64,000 nucleotides of DNA from Pseudogymnoascus verrucosus (Eukaryota). Below, piece by piece: positions 27,586 through 39,581 of this stretch. The position numbers and the translations under genes were made by a program. Where the stretch lies: NCBI GenBank assembly GCA_001662655.1, contig KV460207.1; one strand, 5' to 3'. The notes beneath the pieces are model-generated. The model was not told the DNA's origin and did not search any database. It worked only from the letters and a program-made list of their open reading frames with translations. Position 1 is the stretch's first letter. Every line of letters starts with the position of its first letter.

Positions 27586-28974
27586 CTTGACCTGAAAGCG
27601 CGGATAACGAAGAAAGTAAACGATAGACAGTAAGAAAGGAGTGGGAGAATAAGCACAAACAAAAGATATATTCTGCCTTTACAAGGGTGTGTGTGTTCAA
27701 GCTCTAGCCGCACTACTCTACGACGAAACGTATGGCAGATCTGGCTAGAGATTCTGACAAGGTCAAACTAATACAGCAAAAGCTAATAGTGGCTGAATTC
27801 TTGTCGCAAATCCCGCGCCGCGACAATTTTCTCTTTCATGGCGGTGCATTATTCCGCGGCGATAATGCAGCATCCACTGATGCAGACGACAAAAGGTCTC
27901 TTTCGGGGTTTGCGCCGCCGCCTAGTACGAGATACGTCGGCTCCACTTGGTATTCTTGCCTTTAGGGACCATGTAGAATTTTAACTTAGAGGCACTGAAT
28001 AATGAGCACTGCCCTCACATGTACATACATTATATGCAACTCGAAGGCCCACCACTTAGAGACCAATTGTTCGCACATAGAGTAATACATTTAGCCTGCA
28101 ACCACTTTCTGATAAAATAAGGGCGATCTCCGAAGGTGTTGTTGGACATGTAAATTAAGTTCACCTTGTTGTTGGTCCTACCTACAATATTCGCCCTCAG
28201 CTCAATTATCACTCGTGTTGGCTTTTTAGCGTTTGTGGCAGTGGGATGGACGCTCACTGAGACAGACCCACAAATCAACCAAACCTTGTTAATTAACTAC
28301 GGCCTAAGCGTCTTTAGGGGGGACAGTGACATTGAGGTAAGCAAGTATAAGCCAATCGTAAGCTACACAAAGTTAGCCAAGCTAAACTAAGCTTAGCTAA
28401 GCTCATTATCAGGCAGGCGTGGCGTATACAAAGGATCTTCGCGTGCTAAGCGCGGTCTAAGCGAGACCCTTGCAGCAATCCTTACCACCCCTCCCCACCC
28501 GGGCTGTTACTGCGATCGCCTAAATGGGATGCTAAAAGCGGATTTCCACAAACTTCAAAATAGCGCGACGTTACAATCATACAGTAGGGGCGACAGTAAA
28601 ATACGCTTATTGAAAATTCCTTCATCTGCGCAACCGAATTGTTAGAGAAGAAAGAGGAGCAAAGGACCAGGGACAGAAAAGGAAGCCGATTTAGGAAAGT
28701 TGACAGGCAAGGTGCTATACGGCTAACTGAGCGTGAACACAATATTGATTTTACGTACTTGCATTCGTAACTAGAGTGATGGCTAGAGATTTTATTGCCT
28801 TCTCTTTCTCGTATGAGTACTTTCGTAGCGTGGGGGAAGCATTATTGGGCGGAACACAGCTGCTGATGCTGATGTTGGATTATTTAGAATCCCAATTCCC
28901 TGATGCCATTAATATTTACAATTTCTACTCACTTCAGACTTATACGTCAGTCATTCGTGTGATTAAGTATCATC

Positions 28975-30429
28975 ATGCTGCTCTTACGCGTCATCTCCTC
29001 CTTCCTGGCCATCCCTCTGGTAGCAGGATTCCTTGTGGCACCTCTAGCGGGGTCAACACCTGCCCCCTAACTGTTAGCGACTGCAGTGGCTGGGTAGTTG
29101 TGACCTCATCAATGACTTGTACGTCAATTGCTACTACGTATGGAATAACTATTGCTAAATTCGAGGCAATGGTAAGTTCCTCCATTCTTTACACTACATT
29201 TCGATGGGGGTGTATACTAACACAGCTTGACTAGAATCCAATTCTAGGCCCATCTTGCCAACTCATAGACAGCTTCGCATTCTGCATCGAGGAGAATTTT
29301 GGAGGAGCAGCGCCTACCAGCGCAAGCGGTTGCACAACCCTTGTCACTATAACCACGCCAACAACCATAACCACTGCCACAACCACATCGGCAGGCAATG
29401 GCATCTCAACTCCTACACCCTATCAATCGGGCATGACAACGTCTTGCAACAGCTTCCGCTTGGTTATCGCTGACGACCAGTGTGGAACAATTGCCACCGA
29501 AGCTGGTGTGAGTCTCTGATTTCTATCTCTGGAATCCCGCCGTTAGGTCATCATGCGGCTCGCTATAGGCAGGATACTGTCTGTGCATTGGCGTCATCGG
29601 AGGGTCTACACCCACTAAGTCATTAGCACCTTCGACAACTTCTCCCGGAAATGACGTTTCTACTCCAACTCCTATACAGCTAGGAATGACGTCTAGCTGC
29701 GGTGCATTTCATCTCGTCCAGGCTAACGATCAATGTGGAGCAATTGTTACAAGTGCTGGAATAAGTCTCAAACAGTTTTGTGCTTGGAACCCATCCGTTG
29801 GTACAGCATGCTCTACACTATTCGCAGGAGATTATGTCTGCATTAGTCTTGCTCCATGTGCAGCAATCTCACCTCTACCGTCTAGAAACTATTATGGCAG
29901 AGTTAGACTCCCAGTCGCCGTAGTAGGCGTTAGAGCGCTCGTTTCATATAATACGGGCAGTCCTTATGTTTCCAGCCTAAGTGCCTGTTCTACAAAGTGT
30001 TCGAAAACACTTGCCTATACTAGCTTCTTTTTTGTCTAAGGAAACGAATGTCATCTACGATATGGTCCAAGTTCATTTTTTCCCACCGGAAATTCTGGAT
30101 CTAACCCATACTACGAAAGTTCCTGCTTTTCGTGCCCCTCGTCAGCCTCTTGTGCACTCGACGCGGCTGCAGCACCTTACTGCAGCCGAGTTGGAGTCCC
30201 GGTAGCAGCATCAAACGTTAGAGCCCTTACCTCATACGATACAGGCAGCCCTTATGTTTATAGTGTTGGTATCTGTGCGGCAGAGTGCTTGAATACACCT
30301 ACCTGTTCAAGCTTTTTTTTCGTTCAAGGAGAGAAATGCCATCTAAGATATGGACCCATTTCGTTCTCGCCTAATGGAAGTTCTAGATCCACTCCTTTCT
30401 ACGATATGGCTTGTTTCCCGACTTGTTAG
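28975..30429 (+). pseudogene. Secreted protein with three LysM domains and two C-terminal Cys-rich (PAN/Apple-like) repeats; disabled
   Basis: Signal peptide MLLLRVISSFLAIPLVAG; LysM units TPTPYQSGMTTSC...WNP...C; frameshifts near 29050-29080 and 29515; stops TAG 29566 and TAA 30037. Confidence 0.85.
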
Positions 30430-30953
30430 ATGATTGCATTCTATCCATTGGTGTTGTGGGTGTTTGATGTCTAGCCAACTTTTACAGATGAGACATTGCC
30501 CTGTCACCGAAACGCAGGATTATGGTAGTAAGGATTAATATAGCATATATATTTTGCAAATGAAGCCACAGCTACATGATAAATACCAGTGTGTACTATA
30601 ATCTTATTCATAGCGAGTGGGTGCTGTTTGTGGCATATGGTGATTATGTACAATCGTCTGGCTGTTCACTTCATGATTCCTTGTTAATGATCCCTGCTGC
30701 AAAATCGCGCATTTGGCCCGATCGCAGTGAGCGACCCAACGATAACTAGAAATAAACAGTCCCGTGACAATTGATTTGTCATCTACCTTTACCTACTATA
30801 GTTCGAACCAAGACGCACCATTGAAAGCTTCGACAGTCTCTATCACCGTTACTATCTTAACCTCCCCTCCATAACGTATACCAAAATCAAATCAGGACAT
30901 CGAGCACTTGCCATCTCGACCTAAGCGATAATATTTTATTGTTCCATTTCTTA

Positions 30954-32976
30954 ATGTTTAAACATGTCCCAAATCCGGCAACAGCCTCCAACTCGGAAAG
31001 GTCTAATGCTCCATCAACTCTATTTTCGCTCAATCCAATGCCACCTGACACGCGTATCGGGCCCGCAGTTGACGGCATCATTTTTTATCGAAACGACCCC
31101 ATTAGGCATACGTGTATAGTTGAGCGGCAGAGTTCTAATTCGCAAAAATACGTCCTAAGCATGATCTGGCTTCCACTTAAGCCTGGCTACGATGTTCTTA
31201 ACTGTCAGAGCGCGGCAGCGCGGTTATGGCATGCGTCTCTCGATTATATTCGTTGCATTCGTGGCTGCGTTGAACTATGTTGGGGTCAGGACATCGAGGC
31301 GTCTGAACCAGCGTTGGTGTTGCTTATACAGTGGGCGGCTGTTTGGGCATGGAAAAGCTTCCAACAGTCGCCTGGCGTGTCGCTCATTTCAGGCATGCTT
31401 AGGGGAAATCCACTTAACAGGACAGTTAATCTCCACCCTGAATACCTCTATGGCCCCGAAAAGATCATGGAGATTGTCTTTCTATCTATTGACCCGGGCA
31501 CCGAAACTACTGTCATCGAAGGGGATCTAATACATCTGCAGGCTGCAGCTGTTAAGAATACCAAAGTCGATTACTACACAAATATAGCTGAGCGTTACGC
31601 ATCATTCAATCCCCTCTCTTCCGTCGGCCAGGAAAGAGCGAGGAAGCTGCCAGATGTTTTGACAAGCCTAGCAATCTGGAACGAAACAGACTACTACAAA
31701 GCCTCCAGCAACCAGGATCTCACTAATGCCGCCCAACTACTACTATCAAAATCCGTATGTCTCACTAGATTCTCAGCCAAGTTGTCTCGCGTGGACCTGG
31801 ATCCAGTGTATAACTTCAGACCCTCGCCCGTCATTGAATGCACAGCACGAAGCACGGCCGATCTCCTCGCACTCCCTCACTTCCGTCGACAGGGTAGCTT
31901 CCCAGGTGGCCTACGTACCAAATCATATTCCTTCGCTCCGCGTATGGGCGAGATGAATGAGTTTCACGAGTCGGTGCCGATGTATGCGCCTATTAAGACA
32001 TCAGACATTAGGAAGGCAGAGAAGTTATGGGTGGGTGAGGATACGAGACCGCTAGCTCTGGACATGTTTGAAATCAGAATCGTGCCTACTTCCGGCATGG
32101 TAAAAAATGAGGACATGATTATGCTCTCCAGTGATCTCTTTGATCAAGTTGAACAATTGAGAAGGGAGATAGAGTCCTACGAGGGTTGTCAAGCTGTTTT
32201 AGTTGCACATGTGGACTCACTCACATCAACGCCTAGTGTTGACATAAAGACTGATATATTTCAGCTGCTCGTCTGTAAGTACAAATTAATTCTGTTGCAG
32301 CACTATGAATGCTAACCTATTGTTCTCTTTTAAATGTTCATAGTCTGGGCTGTCAACTCTCTGGCACTACCAACACAACGAGAAAAATCTAGAAAGAGAG
32401 TCGCAGACGCTATGGAGTTTACTTCTAAAGTGCAACCGCCCGTTTTGGTACACGAAATGCCTGATGTATCACATATCTTTAAAACTGAGTCTCCAAAAAT
32501 GCCGGCATACGAAATTACGCACTTCTTCGTACCAACTGGAGACAAAGATCTTTTTCAACAAGCCTTTAGTGACTATACTAAGTAAGTCTAGCCTCAAATA
32601 TAAGAAGAACCTCTTCATACCCTCTGCACATGTAAATCAGCCGAGCTAACATTAACCCAGAATCAACAAGCTCGAGTACGGCCCACACATTGTAGGAGGC
32701 TACGGACCTAAACCAATGCAAAACTACGGCTGCGGCTGGTCCGTGGGCACTTTCTCTCGTGATGGCCACAGTCAACAGATGGCCTGCTATACGAGCGTGA
32801 GATGGTGGCGTTGTGCCTCCGAAGCGGCGGGGTGGTACGCCCATTTCGTTAGCCAGGTTAAAGAAGGAGGATATGAGAGGATGGGCTTCCAACTCGATGC
32901 GCTGCGGTTGATTGCTAGTGGGGGTGCGGAATCGAGGTTTCTGACAATATTTGAACCAGTGAAGAAGATGGATTAG
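30954..32976 (+). CDS. Hypothetical protein, possibly repeated dimeric alpha-beta barrel (ABM-like) units; introns about 32275-32343 and 32582-32660; start uncertain
   Basis: 458-codon open frame plus spliceable exons; WHASLDYIRCIRGCVELCWGQDIE...LLIQW pattern resembles fungal barrel proteins. Confidence 0.6.
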
Positions 32977-34602
32977 GGGAGGTATGAGGGGATACCCATC
33001 TATTCACTCGTGTTATTAGATTGGTTACTAGTACGCTTGCATTTTGTCATCTGTAGCCCTTAACGTCTTGGGCTGTAAATCACGAAATCTACAATGCTCG
33101 ATGTAAAAGATATGTATTTGCCATGAGCCCTCTGTTTTACCACTTGCTGCATTCTATTGCAAATGAATTGATAGGCCAAAAATAACTTACTGCTGTAGAA
33201 TGGGAAGAGTCGGGGACGATAGAAAGGCAGAACTAGGTTTTACGAACGATGATGATTAAAATACCGTAGATAGCTATGTAGTCTTTCAGTATTGGTTGGT
33301 ACAGAGGTGAAGCGCGGCGCTGGAAGGATTTGCAAAGGTCTGTGCTCTAATTACATAGCCCTGGCCGCTACTTCCGATCGACACGATGCATCTACTTTTG
33401 GGGGCATGCCCCGCCGTTTGATGTTGGACGTAGAATCCCCACTACGTGCCATCGTAGCGGCCCCACATCCCTGGATAGGTACTCTAGGCTGTGGAGTCGT
33501 CGGCCTCCGAGACAGCAGGCGGACGTCCGGACATTCCCGTAAGATGAAGTGTGCCAGGACCCATATTGACTAATTAGGTTGGAAATACGAGGCCCAACAT
33601 CATATCTACGGCTATTTATGGATCGCAGTATACGCCAAAGTCTAACAATGTCGGCTGATGGGTTCGTTATATACTAATCGCGGTCTGAGGCCCCCAATAC
33701 TGAGTCGTATGAGAAAGCTTGTTAAAAATGCTTTTATAGCATAAAACCCTTAGTTAGTAGCAATGCGATACCCCTAGCTATTGTAGCAACGGCTGAAATC
33801 AGGGCTGAGACTAAGTTCAAGCTTCGTCCGAACTATAGGCAGCACCACTCTTTGGCGTTTGAGATGACAGGTTGAACCTAGTGTTAATATACCTACTTAC
33901 CGCATCCCTACTAGCTTTCTACATACTAACGGGAGATTAACCTGATTTATAGTACATACTTCGATACGCATGATACCTAATAAAGTCCGACTAGCTAAAC
34001 CAACAACGACAGGGGACGCGAGTATTGAGTTACTGTCGAGAGAAAGGTGGTGTGGTTACAGTGCAGTTAACGATATATATGCGCTACCATGTGGGTATGG
34101 AGCTTCGTATAGAATTGGGGCTATAGTGATGTAAAGTATTTCCCTTCTGCTTCTCGAATGGGTACTCTCCTTACATTACTTGCTATGATGCTTTTGTGGT
34201 GCTTTTTCTGGTAGGATGAATGTGGGTGAGGCCGCAGGGGCTGTATAGGAGAAGTATATAGGGATAGCGGCGGCGTAGGGGTGTGTATGTGGGGGGGGAG
34301 GGGGTGTAGGCCGACGGTGAATGAGTACAAAAAAACACCCCTGCTAGGTAATAACTAGAGTGCACAGAAAGGCTCGCAAATAGCCAAAGTAGGATAGCAT
34401 CGCCAGCCTCGCAGACTTTTTATTCTATGTCCGACCAGAAAGCTTAACTGCTTTAGGATCGTGGAAGGGGGCCATGTTTGAGTAGTTCGAAAATCCTTTC
34501 TAATTTATTATTTGTAATCGCTAGACTTCCATATTCAACTACTACTGGTGCCCCCGAGCAACTGTAAATTTTTGCATCACTTCCATTTTTGGCAACTCAT
34601 CC

Positions 34603-36390
34603 ATGATGTCTCCATTCTCTGTATTTAGGATCTCTCTCCTTACGTGGATGCACTGGGCTATCCTACTCGGAAGCCTAATAGAGAAAACATGGGGCTCACC
34701 AATGAATACTTCGTCGCGCCTTGCTGCGAGGGGCCTCTTTGGTCCAGCAAACTGCAATAGCCAGGAATTTTTAAGTCTGATGGCCTCATTGAATGATGCT
34801 GAGGACATGGTAAGCAGCCTTTGTGTCCTTTGTTAGTCTAAACAAACGATAGAGGCAAATTAACTCTATATATAGCTGAAGGTTACAATTGATAGGACAG
34901 CAGACCTATACAACTGGTTAAATACGAGACCATCATCTTTTTCCGGGAGGAATAGCCTTCAGCTGTCCACTCTACGCACCTTCGAAGCTATTTTTGGCGA
35001 GGTGTACTATGGTTCTACAAACCCACAGGGAAATTCTGCTGGTCTTGCGCGTATAAAGAAAGTTGGAAGTCAGTGCTGGCATTTCAAATAAGTTGAACTT
35101 CCTTTCTTAAATCGAGAGAGCGTTGAGATGCAACATTATTATTAGTGTGGGCAGGAACCTTTTTACTGTTTCACATTACAGTATTCAGCGTTTGTCTTAA
35201 CTAAGTTATGTTATAGATACCGCAACTGGACTCGTGTCGCAGTTCGATGATTTGCTATCTTTGAAAGTAGATATCTTCTGCGACGACTCCTGGCTACTTG
35301 ACACTGACCCCCAAGGAAATCCACCTAATCGAGACAGTAAGTTAATATTTTTAAACTAAAGGTGCAGGGGTTATCACTAAGATGCGTAAAGCTCTGAGAA
35401 GATAACCTTCTGTTATTGCATCACTGTTTTTAGAGAAACAGTATTGAGGATAATTGATTTCCTTTAGAGATGCTCTTGCAATATCCAAAGATACTACTGT
35501 AACTAATTATTACAGAGGGCAACTTTCAGTACTTCAACCCCCATGAAAATACTTAGGAGAATTTCAACAAACTCGGCGGAAGCTGCCGTGATAGCAATTT
35601 ATACGGTTTCGTTTTGTCTGCTTCTCCCGGAAATAACGATTATTTGACTCTCTGTCAAAGCAACTGGCTTGCAGACATTAATAATGGAAACACATTTCGG
35701 AAGCTGTCCGGGAACACGTATACTAATGGCCAAGGTTATATCCAAAGCTTCAAGTCTCTTGCAGCTAGCACAATGGTACACGAACTAAGCCATTGTCAGT
35801 CTCTTCTTGGAGCTGGCAATAATTGGTGTGAGTAATCCAAACACCAAACTATCTAATGCGGACTGTTTAGTTACCATGGTTAATTAATAAAATAATGTTA
35901 GTGGACGAAAAATGCGAATCTTTAACAGGCTCCCCAGCATATGGCTGGCCTTGCGTAACACACATTGCAAAGTCTGACCCATCAAGTGCTGTTAGAATTG
36001 CTGGTTTGCAACCCCCCCATCCCCCCCGGCTCTTCATAAAAATCCGGGATTCACAGAATAAAGCTAATATGACAACGCAGATAATTTCATGTTTTTTGTT
36101 ATAGGTGAGGACAGTCTCATCCTATTTTATTCCCTTAAAACGGGTACTCCTTTCAAAAACGGTTATTTCAAATCGGCCCCTCTAAGGCCAATGTCAAGCA
36201 CTGGAATTGTTCCAAGTGGAACTCATTCGTCGGTTTCATAGTTGGCTGATGGAAGTATGCCGTGTGTATTTGAAAAAGGCATACCCAATACTCTCAACTA
36301 CTTGGTATCCGACTAACAGATGCAGCCATGTATATGGCAAACAACGATTGGTCTTCTGGGTTTTCGCGCATCCTTTGGACGCTTAGATAG
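34603..36390 (+). pseudogene. Multi-exon secreted zincin-like (HEXXH; M35/Lys-N-like) metalloprotease, probably disabled
   Basis: Signal-like N-terminus, STMVHELSH, AYGWPCV, DNFMFF, AMYMANNDWSSG; in-frame TAG at 35554. Confidence 0.65.
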
Positions 36391-36691
36391 TGGCATGGCT
36401 ATATTGTTGGTGTGATAATAGTAGTAGTCGAACATCTCGTTGCTGACTCGAGGGTCGTCACAAAGGGGGATCTGATAATATATCGGTCACTGCGAGTAAC
36501 ATTGGTGGATTATGAAATACTAGTATTCTCTGCAAGACTCAGATAAAGCTTATATTTTGCGTCACATAGAAATTACACGGACTAGACGTACACGTTTTAT
36601 ATTTGTGTTACGTATCGCACAGTTTAAACTAAGCACCACATTATAAGTATATACTTACTTATAAGATAAACTCTACGTGATTTATATTATA

Positions 36692-37937
36692 TTATAATCT
36701 ATCAAATTTAGCCATCATGGTGAGCATATCCAACAACCTAGATGAATACGCCCACTCATTATCGTACCATGCTAAGATTTTGAAGAACTTCCCTTCGTTA
36801 GTTCCAGTTAAATAGTTTCATTATAGGCACATTACCTTGGGGTTCAGCTCAACGCAAGCTTTCGCATCCACTACGCAGCTATGAGGATTGCCCTGAAAAT
36901 CACAGCTGACTAGCTCACTGTGCTCGACTGTTAACACGCCTTGCAGAGGACCCATTGAAGCCAGTTCCAGTTGTGTCAGGATCTCCGCTAGCGAAGTTTC
37001 GTGTTCGAAATTTATTGTCAGGTCAACAAGCGACACATTGTTGCTATAGACGTGTTAGCAACATTCACGACAGTAAGACCTGTATGCTGACGTTGGAACT
37101 CGGAGAGAGATGCCAGTCATCTTCCCAGCCAGTTCTGGAAGCACAGTCGAAACTGCCTTTGCTGCACCAGTTGTGGTCGGAATAACATTTCCCAGCACGG
37201 CCCGCCCGGCTCGACGATCTCTTTTGCTGTATCCATCCAGTACAGGTTGTGATCTTGTAGAGGCATGGACTGTGGTCATAAGGGCCTGAACAATACCAAA
37301 TTTGTCGTTCAAAGTTTTTGCCAGAGGGGCAAGACAATTAGTAGTACAGCTCGCGCATGATACTATACTTGGAGGGTTTATGATGGGATACTGTGAGGTG
37401 TTGACACCGTAGACGAATGTAGGTGCGTCCTTGCTCGGGGCAGAGATAAGTACCCTCTTTGCCCCGGCATGCTCGATGTGAAGACTGGCTAGTGATGAAG
37501 TTGTAAATTTGCCTGTGCTTTCGATGATATACTCCGCTCCTGAAATCGTCCAGTCCAAAAACTTGGGATCTCGTTCCGAAGTCAAATGCACATGTTCTCC
37601 ACAGACAGACAGGGTGTTTGCGTCTACAGCAAAAACAGCGTTTTGTTTGACATCCACACTCCGGCTTAGAGGACCATGTGTAGAATCAAAGAGGATTTGA
37701 TGAATGATATCGGCTATCGAGGCGCATGTGTGGTTGATTGCCACTATGCGTATATCTTTTCGAGATAGAGAGTTTCTGAATGCGACGCGGCCTTCACAGA
37801 TGTTAGATTGACATAACCGTCAGAGAGGTTTTACGTGGCGACTGACCAATTCTTCCCCATCCATTGATCCCTACTTTGATAATCTCTTGCGGAACTAATG
37901 GTAAGAGAGATTCCCTTCCGTCCAAAGTCGCGGGCAT
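36692..37937 (-). CDS. Divergent glyceraldehyde-3-phosphate dehydrogenase (GDP1-like, possibly NADP-accepting), 3 introns
   Basis: KVGINGMGRIG, FDSTHG, IESTGKF, ASCTTNCLAP, TTGAAKAV, LAWYDNEW. Confidence 0.92.
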
Positions 37938-38182
37938 AGTGAATTAATTCACAGAAAATATTTAAAATTCAATAATGGGTGGAGTGAAAGGTAAGTTATG
38001 TTCCCACGATCTATATTGAAGTAAACACCGGACTCTACTTATCTCAACCCCCGGGCATAGACCATCGTGATTAATTGATACATTGTGTTTTTTGATAATT
38101 GTGAGCCTGTGCTGTGAGTGAGGCCGCCTTCTGTCTCCAAATTTACCCCGCACTAGAATCTGGCCAGGTTTGCTTAATAATC

Positions 38183-38237
38183 ATCGTTTCTCCGGAGTCC
38201 CACGTCGTCCGCCCTAAACTGGAACTCGTTTCTCTGG
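38183..38237 (+). promoter_or_regulatory. Two copies of the shared cluster motif (ATCGTTTCTCCGG at 38183; CTGG-aac-TCGTTTCTCTGG at 38219) in the GAPDH/Zn2Cys6 bidirectional promoter
   Basis: Read directly; 13/13 identity with 19333-19345. Confidence 0.6.
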
Positions 38238-38277
38238 ACCAAACCCCACTTAGTTGAACGTTGGTCCCTTGACAACA

Positions 38278-39268
38278 ATGACATGCGGGAAACGATCCCC
38301 GCAACGAAGAGATCGTAAAAGATCGCAACGCCGCTGGTACCAAACCTGTGATTTTCCAGGGGTTTCTTTCATGCGGCAAGGACGAGGCAAAGTGTTGACG
38401 ATTGATGAGCACGTGATGGAAAATCAAGGGAGTTCGTGTGAGCCTTGCAAAAGGAAGAAATGCAAAGTAATCCCCATCCCAGGTATGCTTTGCGTGACCC
38501 TTCGCGCTAATTTGTGGACAGTGTGATCGTCAATTGTAGGCTTGTGCAAATGAAACGACAAATATATTAGCTGACTTCAAGCCAGGCCATCGTGCGAACA
38601 ATGTCAGGCGGCAAAACTGGAATGTAAATATAGCGAAAGCAACAAGAGGTGCGTTATGTGATGTGCTGGTAGTTTGATGTCTTAAAGCTGATATCTCGCA
38701 GAGGAATCCCAACAGGTTACCTTGGCAATTTAGAACAGCGGCTTAATGAGACCGAAGCAGCACTGTATACTGCTCTGGCCCAGTTGAGAAGTCTGAAAAA
38801 TGACCAACATTTTGTGAACCTGCCGAATTCTACTTCTTTGTTCATACCTCCAGATTTGGCCCCGCGAGAATTAAACGCAAATAAAATGTCCCGAATGGCA
38901 GAATGGAAAGAACACTCGTTGACAGGTTCTGGTGCCATCGAAAGATGGCGAGCGTTCTTTAGCAAATATGAAATCCCTCCTCAAGGTAGTCGTACATGAT
39001 TGGAACGAAACTTTGTCAATACTAACGATGCCTAGCCGATGAGAGCGTGACAGTAGACGGGCCACCCATTTATTCAAGTCCTACCATAGATGTCCAGCCC
39101 TTCGAAAATATCCAACTTAGCAGCCACGTTACTCAGAATACACTCGATAGTAGATGGGAGCAAGCGCCGAGCACGACGGTAGCTACACTAGAACAAGGAC
39201 GACAAGAAGAAGCCATACTAAATCCTTCGAAACAATTGTCATCAACACATCGATATACTTATTATTGA
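38278..39268 (+). CDS. Short Zn2Cys6 protein (binuclear cluster + coiled coil, no MHR); introns 38467-38521, 38536-38585, 38649-38701, about 38987-39035; start uncertain
   Basis: Spliced CEPCKRKKCK|CDRQL|PSCEQCQAAKLEC, then KR|GIPTGYLGNLEQRLNETE; 14-nt microexon 38522-38535. Confidence 0.8.
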
Positions 39269-39581
39269 GTATAAGATATGTAGGTTTCGATGTATTTTTG
39301 TTATAGCTGCTATAGGGATTTGGTGCTTCTTACAGGGTGTACGTGAGTGACTGGTGTCACTTTGACTGGCCTGCCTCGCATCGAGTCTGACAAGCTATCT
39401 GCCATGTTTGCTCTCTTACTAGGACAGCTCTCACTCATCTCTCATCATTATGGCGAATGACGGAATTTTGGGTCTGGGTTTACATCTGTTCTGTTCGCTG
39501 GAGTCTGTTCTGGAAGGTTCGGAGTCAAATAAGCCAACATTTTATATTGCAGTGCATATTTTATGATTATCATGGTCCGTC

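Noticed and set aside
28380..28402. Palindromic ctaagcttagctaagct tract in the chitinase-LysM spacer
   Set aside because: Short and low complexity, with no matching terminal repeat found
22700..36690. Starship or other giant transposon call for the island
   Set aside because: No tyrosine recombinase or transposase, terminal repeats or target-site duplication could be seen
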